A stretch of 64,000 nucleotides of DNA from NCBI RefSeq assembly GCF_963921235.1, contig NC_086109.1, forward strand, positions 7,318,001-7,382,000. The letters run 5' to 3'. The position numbers and the translations under genes are program-made. Every line of letters starts with the position of its first letter. Position 1 is the first letter of the stretch. Source of the stretch: Mobula hypostoma (lineage: Eukaryota). The notes beneath the pieces were generated by a model. It was not told the origin of the DNA and searched no databases. It saw nothing but the letters and a program-made list of their open reading frames with translations. Positions 1-13,470 of the stretch are shown here, in pieces.

Positions 1-27
1 AACCTGGGTTACGGAGTTGTGAGTCAC

Positions 28-905
28 AGAATCATAGAAAAGTACGGGACAGAAACAGGCCCTTCAGCCCATCTTGTCTGTGCCAAACCATTTAAACTGC
101 CTACTCCCATTGACCGGCACCTGGACCATAGCCTTCTATGCCCCTGCTATCCCTGTGCCTTCTCTTAAACATTGTTATTCAGGTTTGCAATCTTCATTTT
201 CGCTGGCATCTCATTTCACATTGTCACCACCCTCTGAGTGAAAATGTTTCTCCTCACGTTCCACTTAAATGTTTCACCTTTCACCCTTAATGTAGTTGTC
301 ATCTCACCCAGTCTGCTTGAATTTACCCTATCTATACCCCTCATAATTTTGTATACCTCCATCAAATCTCCTCTCAATCTTCTACGTTCCAAGGAATAAA
401 GTCCGAACCTATTCAATCTTTCCTTATAACTCAGGTTCTCCAGACCCGGTAACATCCTTGTAAATTTTCTATGTACTATTTCAATTTCAACCTTATTTAC
501 ATCTTTCCTGAGGGTAGGTGACCAAATCTGCACTCAATACTCCAAATTAGTCCTCACCAATGTCTTCCACAACTTCAACATAACATCCTAACTCCTCTAC
601 TCAATACATTGATCTATAAGGCCAAAGTGCCAAATGCTTTCGTTATGGCCCTATCTAACTGTGATGCCACTTTCAATGAATTATGGACCTGTATTCCCAG
701 ATCCCTTTGTTCTACCGCACTCCTCAGTGCCCTACCATTCACTGTGTAAGACCTACCCTGGTTGGCCCTACCAAAGTGCAACACCTCACACTTGTCTTTA
801 TTAAATTCCATCCGCCATTTTTCAGCCCATTTTTCCAGCTGATCCCAATCTTGCTGCAAGCCATGATAGTCTTCCTCACTGTCCACTACATCTTGATGTC
901 ATCCG
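28..905 (-). mobile_element. CR1 LINE, 5'-truncated and frameshifted
   Basis: RT-region and C-terminal motifs WAEKWRMEFNKDKCEVLHFG, LYSLERRRLRGDLMEVYKIM, FTQRVV; 3' tail at the left end. Confidence 0.9.
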
Positions 906-1532
906 CAGATTTACTGATCCAGCTAGCCACTGAGCAAACTTAGAGTTTTGCTGCACAATCGCAAACGTAACTGTAGCTGTAACAATGAATTGCAACAAGC
1001 CTTGTAATCTTCTAGAACAATTTGCAAACTTAGAGAACTTTAACGCACTCTGTAATTTGTAATGCTCTGTATGAGAACACTTACGTTCTCCAGGGAACAT
1101 GACCACAAAGTTACACAAAACAAGATCCCACAAGCACAAATCAAATGATGTACAACACCAATTCTAGGCATCGGTGGAGAAGAAGACGTTGTGAAGAGTA
1201 CAGCAGTAAAACACAGAAAAATGTTATACACCAACGGCCTGAATTGTTAAGGCTTCATGCCAAATGGTGTTCAATCTCCTTCCCAGAACTTGCTTCAGCT
1301 TGAGTAACTATCCACCTGGGAAGGTTTACTGGAAAGGAAACAACGAACTTATTGTGGAGTCGGCTGTAGCGGGCACACACCACTAACAGGTTGAAAGCTT
1401 GCATGATCCCTCCATAAACATGTGCACTGACATCATACTGACAGGAAAATAAACTCCAGCTGTGGAGATGCTCTTTAGTGCCAAGTATGACTTAATGGGT
1501 CACACTTCAGTCTCTGAGCAGACAGGTTCTTT

Positions 1533-2551
1533 GTCCTGTGACTAGTGGTGTGCCACAGGGATCAGTGCTGGGTCCATTGTTATTTGTCATCTATATCAAT
1601 GATCTGGATGATAATGTGGTAAATTGGATCAGCGAATTTGCTGATGATACAAAGATTGGAGGTGTAGTAGACAGTGAGGAAGGTTTTCAGAGCCTGCAGA
1701 GGGACTTGGACCAGCTGGAAAAATGGGCTGAGAAATGGCAGATTGAGTTTAATACAGACAAGTGTGAGGTATTGCACGTTGGAAGGACAAACCAAGGTAG
1801 AACATACAGGGTTAATGGTAAGGCACTGAGGAGTGCAGTAGAACAGAGGGATCTGGGAATACAGATACAAAATTCCCTAAAAGTGGCGTCACAAGTAGAT
1901 AGGGTCGTAAAGAGAGCTTTTGGTACATTGGCCTTTATTAATCAAAGTATTGAGTATAAGAGCTGGAATGTTATGATGAGGTTGTATAAGGCATTGGTGA
2001 GGCCGAATCTGGAGTATTGTGTTCAGTTTTGGTCACCAAATTACAGGAAGGATATATTAAGGTTGAAAGAGTGCAGAGAAGGTTTACAAGGATGTTGCCA
2101 GGACTTGAGAAACTCAGTTCCAGAGAAAGGTTGAATAGGTTAGGACTTTAGTCCTTGGAGCGTAGAAGAATGAGGGGAGATTTGATAGAGGTATATAAAA
2201 TTATGATGGGTATAGATAGAATGAATGCAAGCAGGCTTTTTCCACTGAGGCAAGGGGAGAAAAAAGCCAGAGGACATGGGTTAAGGGTGAGGGGGGAAAA
2301 GTTTAAAGGGAACATTGGGGGGGGCTTCTTCACACAGAGAGTGGTGGGAGTATGGAATGAGCTGCCAGATGAGGTGGTAAATGCGGGTTCTTTTTTAACA
2401 TTTAAGAATAAATTGGACAGATACATGGATGGGAGGTGTATGGAGGGATATGGTCCATGTGCAGGTCAGTGGGACTAGGCAGAAGATGGTTCGGCACAGC
2501 CAAGAAGGGCCAAAAGGCCGGTTTCTGTGCTGTAGTTTCTATGGTTTCTAT
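1533..2551 (+). mobile_element. CR1 LINE, 5'-truncated (RT core to 3' end)
   Basis: SGVPQGSVLGPLLFVIYINDL, FADDTK, RPNLEYCVQFWSP, FKNKLDRYMD...QWD*; tail tttctatggtttctatg. Confidence 0.95.
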
Positions 2552-2814
2552 GTAACTGGGCGTGCACTCCAGTGCCCATAAAAGCAGGGATGCCGGCTTT
2601 CAGATTAGACATTAAACTGAGGGAGTGGATGTGGAAGACAGCATGGTCCACCTTTTGGAAGAAAATTCCCTCTAACTCTTCCCTGAGAGGAATTATCTGC
2701 TTCCTTCCTTGCCAGTCTCGATTAAAGGTCTTGGTCCAAAACATCCGTTCTTTATTCTTTTCCATTGACGCTGCCTGACCTGTTGAGTTCCTCCAGCATT
2801 TTGCGTGTGTTCAT

Positions 2815-3170
2815 TATCAACATCATTATGTGCTGTGTCCTATGACCTGGGTGATCGTCATCTATGACCATGATCTTTTGTGGCAAATTTTTCTGCAGAA
2901 GTGGTTTTCCATTGCCTTCTCCTGGGCAGTGCCTTTACAAGATGGGTGACCCTAGCCATCATCAATACTCTTCAGAGGCTGTCTGCCTGGTGTCAGTGGT
3001 CGCATAACCAGGACTTGTGATCTGCACCAGCTGCTCATATGACCATCCACCACCTGCCCCCACGGCCTCACATGACCCTGATCGGGGGGGCTAAGCAGGC
3101 GCTGCCCCTGCGCGCTAGCGGAGGGAAGGAACACCTTGCACCTCCTTTGGTATCTCCACCTCGCCATCTC
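2815..3170 (-). mobile_element. SINE-like element with RTE-type 3' tail
   Basis: Reverse copy of the family at 5860-6217; carries an aaggcaatggaaaaccac variant and a (gat)n-like tail. Confidence 0.65.
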
Positions 3171-3974
3171 ACTTGTTCATTACCACTTGAGGGGAGATGG
3201 TGGCTGCTCTAATCCGCCCCTTGTGATCTCCTCAGGGTTTCTGCTGCTGTAAGAAGAAAAGTGTTACGACACGCACCCATCCGCGCCGGACCCCACTGTT
3301 TCAACGCTCTAACTCTCCGGAGCATGGATAGCTGGCGCAGCCTCTTTAAGGACTCAGGACCTTCCTGCTAATTGGCAATTATGTTTTAGGCACCAATAAT
3401 TGAGTGTTTAACGAGCACCTGAATGGAGGTTTGAGGCTCAATCGTAAGCCGTACTAGTGATTTTGCCTAGCATTTGTTTTGTGCTCAGTTCTCGATCCAG
3501 TTTGATACTGTGTCTTGATCCTTGCTTCAGAGACCCCAGCATTTGGGTCCAAACCATCCTTGTGAAGGACTCTTGTCTCAAGTAGAGGAGAGGAACAGGC
3601 CCTTCAGCGCACAAAAGCCAGTGTAAAGTAATTTCTCCTGCCTGCACGTGGCCTATATCCCTCCATCCCCTGCTTGTTCGAGTGCCTGTTGTATATTGTC
3701 TTTGCACCAGCTTCCATCACACCCACCTTCCCACGGCAGCATATTCAACACACTCACCACTCCCCGCATAACAAAAACTTGCCTCTTAAGCCTACTCTCA
3801 CCATAGAGTTACGCACTGTAATATTTGATATTTGCCCCCTGGGAAAAAGTCTCTGATTATCTACATTATCTACATCTGCCAGTCTTTTATAAACCTCGAG
3901 CAGCTCTCCCCTCAGTCTCAGAGAAAATAACCCAAACTGTTTGTGTCAGTGGGAACCGAACACTCTTCACTCAT

Positions 3975-4640
3975 CTCCATAGATGCTGCCTGACCTGCTG
4001 AGTTCCTCCAGCATTTTGAGTTACTTTTCCTGTAACAGCCTATCCGAAACTATAGCAACTCATACAAAATGCTGTAGAAACTCAGCAGGTCGGGCAGCAT
4101 CTATGAAAGTTAATAACCAGTCAATGTTTTGGGTCAAGACCCTTCATCAGGACTGGAAAGGAAGTGGGGAGACACCAGAATAAAAAGATGGGGGGAGGGG
4201 AAGGTGGACAGCTCGAAGGTGAGAGGTGAAGCTGGATGGGTCGGGGAAGAAGAAATCTGATAGGAGAGGAGAGTGGTTCATGGAGAAAGGGAAGGAGGAG
4301 GGGCACCAGGGGGAGGTGATAGGCAGTTGAGCAGGGGTAACAGGCCAGAGTGGGGAATAGAAGAAGAGGGGAGAGGGAGGGAAATTCTTTTTAACTGGAA
4401 GGAGAAATCAATATTCATACCATCAGGTTATCCAGAAGGAATATAAGGTGTTTCTCCTCCACCCTGAGGGTGGCCTCATTGGGGCACGAGGAGGCCAAGG
4501 TCTGACATGTCAGAATGGGAAAGGGGACAGGATTAAAATATTTGGCCGCCAGGAAGTTCACTTCCGTCCGATGGCGTGGATGTGCTCGACGAAGCGGTCC
4601 CCCAATTTACGACAGGTCTCACCAATGTAGAGGATACAAA
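3975..4640 (-). mobile_element. Penelope-like element 3' fragment (GIY-YIG end plus terminal repeat) with short inverted terminal copy
   Basis: ILYIGETCRKLGDRFVEHI on the minus strand; terminal motif present in both orientations (3977-4020 and 4065-4105). Confidence 0.8.
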
Positions 4641-5859
4641 CTGTACCTGTAACTGAACCAAAAACGTACCCTGTAACTGCAAGGTTGTAATCCTCAGATT
4701 CAGCACAGAAGCTGGCTGCATTGCCCTGCCACTGGATGCAGTGGTATACAGTGTTAAACTCCATTGCATTTTAATTCTATACTTGACTGGACAGTAGCTG
4801 TTCTGCAAGGTCAGCACACCAGATGGTCTCTCTCACTCTCTTGCCAGACCTGAGTCATTCCTATCCCATTACCTGCAGCAAAGGTCTCTGCACCACTGGA
4901 ATAAGCTCTGTCAGGGGAGCCAGAAGGAATTAATCAGTCTGGACACAGAGACGACTGAGATAATTTGGAAAGAGAAGTTAGAAATTAGTTAAAAAGCCAG
5001 CAGTGTTGAGTGCGGCACACTGATTTGGATTGAGCTGGGTTTCCGTGGCTATTTCTGCTGGGTGGATCCAGATGCAGAAGTCTATGGGCTGGAATCCTCG
5101 CACTGTTTCAACAGCCTCGTCTATGACAGAAACCAGCCTCTCCTCCAGGGAGTCTGTCCACACTTCCAGCTGACTCGGGAAAGCAACCAACCAAGGATCC
5201 CACACAAAATGCCGGAGGAACTCAGCAGGTCAGGGAGCATTTATAGAGGAGAATTAAAAAGTCAGTGTTTCATAGAACATAACTCAGTACATCACAGTAC
5301 AGGCCCTTTGGCCCACAATGTTGTGCTGACCCTTTAACCTACTCCAGGATCAATCTAACCCTTCCCTCCCACATAGCACTGCCACTTTTCTTTCATTCAT
5401 GTGTCCACTTAAGAGACTCTTAAATGTTTCTAATGCATCTGCCTCTACCACACTCCACGCACTTACCACCTTGAGTAAAAAAACCTAGCAGTTTTGGGCC
5501 AAGATTCTCCATAGATGCTGTTGGACTTGCTTGGGTTTCTGCAGCATTTTGTGTGTGTTGCTCAAGACTTCCGGCATCTGCAGAACCTCTTATGTTTACA
5601 GTCAAGGATTTCTTCCACCCCAGGTGTTCTCTTGTCTCCTCCATCCCATTGGGCAGAACATACAAAAGCCCGAGCATGCCAGGGTCAAGGACAATTTCTG
5701 TCCTGCTGTTAAAAGGCTATTGAACAGACCTTTTAGACATTAAAGGTAATCTCCTGATCTCTCGTTCTACCTTGTCACGGGCTTGCACCTGTTCTGCACT
5801 TTCCCTGAGACTGTAATACTGCATTCTGTTATTATTTTTCCCCTTTGTATTGGCGGAGA

Positions 5860-6217
5860 GGTGGAGAATCGTCTTTAACAAAGGAAATTTAGGATGCTCC
5901 TTCCCTCCACTAGCCTGCAGGTCACCCTTGGGCAAGATGTAGCACCTGCTTAGCCCCTGATCACGGTCACGTGAAGCCGTGGGAGCAGGTAGTGGATGGT
6001 CGTACGAGCAGCTGGTGCACATCACAAGTCCTGGTTATGCGACCACTGACACCAGACAATCTCTGAAGAGTATTGATAATGGCTGGGGTCACCTGTCTTA
6101 TAAAGATACTAACCCGAAGAAGGCAATGGCAAACCATTGTACAAATATTTGCCAAGAACAATGATGGCCAAGAGATCATGATTGCCCACGCCATACAACA
6201 CAGCCCATAATGATGAT
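5860..6217 (+). mobile_element. SINE-like element with RTE-type 3' tail
   Basis: gaaggcaatggcaaacca...atttgccaagaa...taatgatgat; extensive inverted similarity to 2815-3170. Confidence 0.65.
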
Positions 6218-6989
6218 AGTGACTACTTCAATACTCTAACATGATCTGTATGGTTGGCAGATTCAGATTCAGAGCAATACGGATTTATTTATCGCATGTA
6301 AATTGAAATATACAGTTGATGTGTTCATTATTGAGGGAGAGTGCAGAGCACACCAGGACACCAGCATGCAGAATACTCAACTGAACTTTACTGACAACGT
6401 TGCTTGTACAGTATGTGAACTCCTCCCATGTGGGAGCAGCTAACTGAACGGTAGAGGATTAACATGATTAACCACTACTACACCTCCCCCTTAACTACCA
6501 CTACAACGGTGAAATGTGCCGTTTGCATTAACAACCAAAACAGCTGAGGGTGCACTGGGGGCAGCCCGCAAGTGTCACCACACATTCCAATACCAACAGA
6601 GCATGTCCACAATGCTCGTCAGAACGACACAGAACATACCAAGCAACAAAGCAACAACAGTGAAGCGAGGCCCATTCCTTCTTCCCACTCTGCCATGCAC
6701 ATACACAGTCCTCTAATCCCAGGACAGGACGGGTGTGACGATAATAAACCAATGGCCACTTACAATGCAGGGGGTGGGGGTCAGTCAGGCCATCAGATTT
6801 TGACAATGCAATCCCAACTATCCTATGCTTGACCCTGTGCAGATCTCTCTGAACTCAGAGGGGTTCCGTGTCAGGACGTACAGCCGGTTTCTGTGATCCC
6901 TTACCTAGAGAGGGGTGCCCAGCCAAAGAGGAGACACAAGAGACTCCAGATGCTGGAATAATTGGTTGTTTGCTGTTTCTGATGGTGAG

Positions 6990-7400
6990 AGTTAGATTTG
7001 TGCAGTTCCTTTGTGTGCTTGTAGGTGGCTGCTGAGTCCGAGTTGTGAGTGACTTAGACGTCCACAATAAGGACGCGAAAACTGTGCAGGATCTGGAAGT
7101 GCAGTCGCTGCTATTGCTTTTCTTCTTGGATGGGTAGAGATCAGTATTGCCCGGCGTCCCTCCTCCAGGTCATGAATGGTTCTAACCAAGGCTCGCCGGC
7201 CACCCTACTCTCGCGCACTCTGTCCCAGCCCAGCGTGTCCAATGTTAGCTCTCACGCAGTCTTTGAACCCCTTACGGGTCCTGCCTTGATTCCTCTTGCC
7301 CAGCGAAAGCCCATCGTACAATAGCTGCTCAGGGATTCGGGAATCCTTCACGTGTCTGACATACCACAGGAACCAGACTTCCGAGGTCGAGGGAGTGAAC
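6990..7400 (-). mobile_element. RTE-clade LINE C-terminal relic
   Basis: VRHVKDSRIPEQLLYDGLSLGKRNQGRTRKGFKDCV and YCGRLSHSQLGLSSHLQAH zinc-finger-like end. Confidence 0.75.
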
Positions 7401-7585
7401 CTACCCCAGTGCAACGGTTTTTCCACTTTAACAACTCTCCGGCAGAGGTTTCTTCATGCAGTTCATGTCAACTCATTCCAACCCTCAAGTCCTGCGGCGA
7501 TAGGGGAGGGACAAAGCAATGCTTGAATTTGGAGCATCCAAAAAGGTGCAGGAGGAACTCGGCTGAAGGGCTGGTTTCCATGGCA

Positions 7586-7792
7586 ACCTTCCCCCTAATT
7601 TTCTTTTAACAGTTGCACGGACAATCATTGCCCTGAGCAGGAAATTTATAAATGGCCTGAAAACTGTACAGCAATTTAATAAAACATTAAATTAAAAAAA
7701 AAATTCCAGCTGCATGGCAACAAAGGCTATGTGCGTGGGAGCATTTCTGTTACTGCGCGGCTGTGCACCTGAGCAGCTTAGAGGGATTAGTG
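7586..7792. mobile_element. Old hAT-type MITE (degenerate TIRs)
   Basis: Ends ttccccctaa... and ...cagcttagagggattagtg resemble CAGTGTTCCCTCTAA-type TIRs; TSD not resolved. Confidence 0.35.
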
Positions 7793-8399
7793 TCTGTGTC
7801 CGTCTCCTTTTGATTCTATGATACTATTATATGCAACAGTAGGACAGCCTGCCGGTGAAATAGCAATAGAACCCAGCTCAAAGTATTGATGGAACTGGTG
7901 CGAGAATTGAAATACATTAGGGTAGGATTAGAGTAGAAGATTGGTTAATGACTGTCATGGACTTGATGGGCCGAAGGGCATTTTAAGAATTTGTGAAGTC
8001 ATATTTCAATGCAGGTTCCATCCAACAGGTGAGAAAGTGTGATATTTTCTTAAATTATTTTAATATATTGCAATGTTTTAAATTCTTTCTAAGTGACTAG
8101 ACAAGATAGAAACATAGGAACATAGAAAACCTACAGCACAATACTACAGGCCCTTCAGCCCACAAAGTTGTAATTAAAGATGTAATTAATTTTATTATAA
8201 AAATGGGTTTATGATTTGAATGTTTATAGGTAAGCTGCTAGAATCTTGATAGTTTTGAGATGTCTTTGACTGTCAAAACTCTTTAAAAATTGTAATGATT
8301 GCTAATGGCAAAACTCTAGCCGATATTGTCAGCTGTCGATACCTCAGAGTCAACATCAGGTTTATTATCACTGACATACTTTCTTACTTCTTGTTATTC

Positions 8400-8765
8400 T
8401 GCTGGTGTTTTGGGCAGGAACGAAGGTCGTCCATCTCTGGCTGTGTTCAGGGCTTCCTTCCCTACTTTCAGTCCTGCAAGTCCCTGGTGGAGATTCAGGA
8501 ATATTGTCACATTCAGATGTAGAATGACTCTTCATTGCTCTTTCTGTAACAGTTTTGTTTTACCGGTCAGGGTTGTTAGCCCTGAGCTGAATCCTCAAAC
8601 CTGGAGGACCGATGGACCACACTTAGTCTGGCCTCTACCCTTTGACCTGTTTGGCATGAGTGGCCCTACCAAGAGCCCTAACGTAAAGCCTTGGCACCAG
8701 CCAGCAGAGCACTCTGGGTCGTTGTCTAAACCCTACAACAAGATTATGGTCCTCCTGGAGGATTA
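8400..8765 (-). mobile_element. Non-autonomous RTE-derived element
   Basis: Shares long blocks with 51485-51915 (tggcctctaccctttgacctgtttggc, ccctaccaagagcc). Confidence 0.6.
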
Positions 8766-9136
8766 TTGACATATGTTGTGAAATTTATTATTTTGTGACA
8801 GCAATACAGTGCAAGACATAAAATTACTATGTTATAATTAATCAATCAGTGGATAGATAGACAGACAGACAGTGAAAAGGTGGAAAAGTGATGTCATGTT
8901 CATAAGTTCATGGCTGTTCCCCTGATGGCAGAGGGGAAGAAGATGTTTCCAGAACACTGATTGGATGCCTCAGGCTCCTTACATGGGACATCTCCAGTGT
9001 GCACAGTCTATGCACAATATTGGGCGTAGCCACCACAGAGATCTTGGTGTCAATGGTATCTGCCTTCTGCCTCTGGCACCAACGAGACCAGGTACTGTAT
9101 GCAGAGATGGATTCCAGACCGTGTCCATCGCACTAT

Positions 9137-9290
9137 GAGTGAAGAGATCACAGAGCGGTTTCTCAGCTTGAGAACGAGTGATGAGATCACAGAGCAGTTT
9201 CTCAGCTTGAGAACGAGTGATGAGATCACAGAGCAGTTTCTCAGCTTGAGAACGAGTGATGAGATCACAGAGTGGTTTCTCAGCTTGAGA
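9137..9290. repeat. 39-bp tandem repeat, ~4 copies
   Basis: gagtgatgagatcacagagcagtttctcagcttgagaac repeated. Confidence 0.95.
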
Positions 9291-9396
9291 AGAATCCTGT
9301 CTAGAGGTGCCATAGATTGGAGACGGTGCATCCAGCCACCTTGTTGCTTCACCAGCTAGGACTGGCATTAGGTCGAGGCTGCACAAAGGAACCCTA

Positions 9397-9847
9397 CACT
9401 GGACATACTGAAGGAGCTCTGCACTGGACAGACTGAAGGAGCTCCACACTGGACACTGAAGGAGCTCTGCGCTGGACACTGAAGGAGCTCTGCACTGGAC
9501 AGACTGAAGGAGCTCTACACTGGACAGACTGAGGGAGCTCCACACTGGACACTGAAGGAGCTCTGCACTGGACACTGAAGGAGCTCTGCACTGGACATAC
9601 TGAAGGAGCTCTGCACTGGACAGACTGAAGGAGCTCTGCACTGGACATTCTGAAGGAGCTCTGCACTGGACACTGAAGGAGCTTTACACTGGACATACTG
9701 AAGGAGCTCTACACTGGACAGACTAAAGGAGCTCCACACTGGACACTGAAGGAGCTCTGTACTGGACATACTGAAGGAGCTCTGCACTGGACAGACTGAA
9801 GGAGCTCTGCACTGGACATTCTGAAGGAGCTCTGCACTGGACATACA
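9397..9847. repeat. 22/26-bp minisatellite, ~18 copies
   Basis: cactggaca(gac/tac/ttc)tgaaggagctctg units, with or without a 4-bp insert. Confidence 0.95.
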
Positions 9848-10337
9848 GCCATTCACACATTCACATCACTTGATCCAACACTCAAAGCCCAGAAGAGCAA
9901 GTATTTTCTCTGAAAGGTGTCGGAAAGTGCTAGCATATCATGAAGCATCTCACCTACCTTCCTCGTGGACTGTTTGTCCCTCTCCCATCAGGAAGAAGGC
10001 TATGCAGCATCCACACCAGACTCAAAAGCAGCTAATTTTCCCCAAGACGTAAGGCTGTTCGACACCTCCACCCTTTAATCCTCCCCACCACCACAACGTC
10101 CACATCAGCCACTGCTCTGCTCAACACCCTTCATCCTTCCGCCATGCTCTGCCACTTTATGATTACTTTACATTATGCTTTACAAGACTGTTCCATATTT
10201 ATATTTGTTGTGTTTTTTTCTGTTTTATTGCACTTTTTAATGCTGCATCAGATCCCGCGTAACAAAGAATCATTTCGTTCTCTTTTACATTTGTGTACTA
10301 AAGAATGACAATAAACAATCTTGAGGTAAAATAAGAA

Positions 10338-10925
10338 TCAGGTAAGATTCCCGGTGGCCAAACATTTTGATTGCAGTTCCCATTCCCATTCCACCATTTC
10401 AGTCCGTGGCTCCTCTACTGCCATAATGGGACCACACTCAGGCTGGAAAAGCAACACCTCAAATTCCGTCTGGGTAGCTTCCAACCTGATGGAATGAACG
10501 TCGATTTCCCTAACTTCCGTAATTTTTCTCCTCCCTCCTTCCTCCCGTCTTCCATTCCCCACTTTTACCCCTTCTCGTCTCCTCACCTACCTCTCACCTC
10601 CACCTAGTGTTCCTGCTCCAACCTTTTCTCCCATGCTCCACTCTCTCCTATCAGATTCCTTCTTCTTTAGCCCTTCACCTTTCCCACCTATCACCTCCCA
10701 GCTCCTTACTTCACCCCCTTACCCCGCCCACCTGCTCCCACCTATCACATTTTAGCTTGTGCTCCTTTTTGTCTTTGGACAGTTTGTTGTCTTTTGAATG
10801 CCCACCTTCTTATTCCGGCTTCTTCCCACTTCCTTTCAAGTCCTGACGAAGGGTCTTGGCCCAAAATATTGTCTGTTTATTCCCCCTCCCATTGATGCTG
10901 CCTGCCCTGCTGAGTTCCTCCAGTG
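10338..10925 (+). mobile_element. Penelope-like element 3' fragment
   Basis: LLYCHNGTTLRLEKQHLKFRLGSFQPDGMNVDF, pyrimidine-rich tract, degenerate hammerhead (10840-10876), terminal gatgctgcctgccctgctgagttcctccag. Confidence 0.8.
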
Positions 10926-11318
10926 TACATATGTGTTACTTAGATAAAATGGATCAGGCTAGGATTAGTATAAAAATGGGTGTTTGATGGTCAGTATGGG
11001 CCAGTTGGGCTGAAAGGCCTGGTTTCTGTTGTACCTGTAGCGAACTCCAAAACCTAGATCAGAATTAAGCAGCACCTTGGGGGACACCAGGAACGGCTGG
11101 TGTGGCAGTACGAGCCAATCCTCAGCCTGCTTGAGGAACTCAGCAGCTCGAGCAGCATCTGTAATGGGAAAGCAATCGTCACTATTTTGGGTTAAAACCC
11201 TCAGTTAGAGTGCCTAGATCAGATTTATTTTATCCTTCTGAGTTGGTCTCAAAGCAAAATCTGACAACAGCTTACGGTGTAATTTTCTTCCTTTCACAGT
11301 GATAATTTCTTCTGGACG

Positions 11319-12330
11319 ATGACGTACCTGGGATACATAATTTCCATCGGCCTTCTTCTGACCATGGTGGTGGACAGTCAACAGCAAACACCCAAACCAA
11401 AGCCTCGTCGGATTAAGCCTCCTAAACCTCCCAAACCTCCCAAACCTCCCAAACCTCCCAAGCCCCCAAAGCCAACGAAGCCTCTCTTCTCTGAACCCGA
11501 GGAACCGAACCATCTTACAACGCTGCCGCCGCCCCTCCCTCCAGGCCCAATGTCCATCTTCCCAGACTGCCCAAGGGAGTGCTTGTGTCCGCCTGACCAT
11601 CCCAACGCTCTCTACTGCGACAGTCGGAACCTAAGGGTAGTGCCCTTCATTCCACCCCGGATCGAATACCTCTACCTCCAAAACAACTTCATTGACTCCC
11701 TGCCAGAGGCCCCCTTCCGGAATGCAACAGGTCTCAAGTGGATTAACCTGGACAATAATAGGATTTCCAATCGAAAACTGGACAAGGGTCTCTTTAACAT
11801 CCTGAACAAGGTCCTCTTCTTGTACATGGATAGAAACAGGTTGGATGAAGTTCCTGCAAACCTCCCTCCTAGCCTGGAGCAACTTCGGCTTGCCAGGAAT
11901 CAGATCTCCAAGATCCCTTCGGGCAGTTTCAGAAAACTGGCCAACCTGACCCTCTTGGACCTTCACCACAATAAGTTGCCGGACAGAGTCTTCAATAAGA
12001 ACACCTTCAAAGGTCTCAGGAGCCTCATGCAGCTCAACCTGGCTCATAACTCCCTGAGGAAGATGCCCCCAACCATACCTCCACACATCTTCCAGCTATT
12101 TCTGGATAGGAATCAGATCAGTCAAATCCCTGATAATTATTTCAAGAATTTGCACCAGTTAACGTTTTTGAGGTTGAATTTCAACCAGTTGACAGATACT
12201 GGAATTCCCAACGGCACCTTTAATTTGTCATCTCTCCTTGGCCTCCACCTCTGCAACAACAAACTCAATTCCATACCAGTCTTTAACCCAAAGTTGGAGC
12301 ATCTCTACCTCAGCTACAACTACATAAAAA
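11319..12330 (+). CDS. PRELP: Prolargin (PRELP), first coding exon: signal peptide, Pro/Lys-rich N-terminus, Cys cap, leucine-rich repeats
   Basis: Acceptor ttttcttcctttcacag ends at 11299, ATG at 11319. Hydrophobic signal peptide, class II SLRP cluster CPRECLCPPDHPNALYC (Cx3CxCx9C) and tandem LxxLxLxxNxI repeats. Donor gtaagt at 12331 (phase 1). Confidence 0.95.
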
Positions 12331-12659
12331 GTAAGTCCATAGTTATGTCAGAATGTTTTACATTTCATAGTCGTACAATCACTTGAGTTGAGTGTGATGT
12401 TCTCCCAAGGGTTTGTCTATTGGTGGGTCCGCAGGTGACTGTGGAGATCAAGATTCCACATATTCTGGTGCAGTGTGGGCTGTGGTTAATGGTTGGAACT
12501 TCTAGTCATTCAGTCTCTCTTCACCGTTGCCATTTCATACACGTTCAACCCACATGGATTTTATTCCATTATAGTTGATGTTGATCTGTGGGTGAACAAG
12601 TTTACCCGATCTGGAATGATCAAAAATACTCTGACAATGACCTGACCTTTATAACTTAC

Positions 12660-13470
12660 TCGAAATCAATCCCAATCCTACATAGCTCTCAATTTTTCTA
12701 TCATCCATCTGCCTATCGAAGAGTTTCTTAAATGCTTTTAATGTATCTGTCTCAACTACCATCCCTGGCAGGCCATTCCACACACTCACCAACTGTTGTG
12801 TAAAAAACTTATGTCTGACACCCCTGTGTATTTTCCTCTAATCGCCTTCAAATTATGGCCCTTTGTGTGAGCAATTTGCCTTGGGAAGAAATCTCTGGCT
12901 GCCCACTCATCAGTGCCTCTGATCTTGTACACTGCTATCAAGTCACCTTTCATCCTCCTTCCAAAAGAGAAAAGCCCCAGCTTGTTCATCTTACCCTCAT
13001 AAGACACACTTTCAAATCCAGGCAGTGTCCTGGCAAATCTCTGTGCCCTCTCTAAAGCTTCCACATCCTTTCTATAATGAGGCAACCAGAAATGAACATA
13101 ATATTCCAAGTGTGGTTTAACCAGGGTTTTTTTTAATATAGAACTGCAACTTTACCTCGCGTGAGGTCCTTGAACTCAAACACCTGTTTAATGGAGGCCA
13201 ACAGACCAGTCACCTCCTGAACAACCCCAGCAACTTGCGTGGCAACTTTGAGAGATCTGTGGATGTGGACACAAACATCCCTCTGCTCCTCCACACTGCT
13301 ATTATCCCTGTCCTCTACCTTCAAATTCAACTTTCCAAAGTGAACCACTGGGCACTTTTCTGTGATGGACTCCATCTGCCACTTCTCAGCCCCGCTCTGT
13401 ATCCTTTCTATGTCCTGTTGTAACCCACGACACTCTCCTACACTGCCCACAACTCCACCAACGTTTTTGC
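12660..13470 (-). mobile_element. CR1 LINE fragment in the PRELP intron
   Basis: EYYVHFWLPHYRKDVEALER, AEKWQME. Confidence 0.85.

Noticed and set aside
3180..5200. PRELP promoter or non-coding exon 1 in the apparently unique stretches
   Set aside because: A non-coding first exon is expected upstream, but I see no convincing promoter plus donor combination and cannot place it from sequence alone.
8979..9856. 100-220 aa Cys/Ser-rich ORFs
   Set aside because: Translations of the minisatellites with no domain or splice support.
11214..12086. Antisense ORFs with GRF/GGL repeats
   Set aside because: Shadows of the PRELP exon and its KPP repeat.
12331..12386. ORF-track C-terminus SKSIVMSECFTFHSRTIT
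   Set aside because: Read-through into the intron past the gtaagt donor; the true C-terminus is in 18637-18812.
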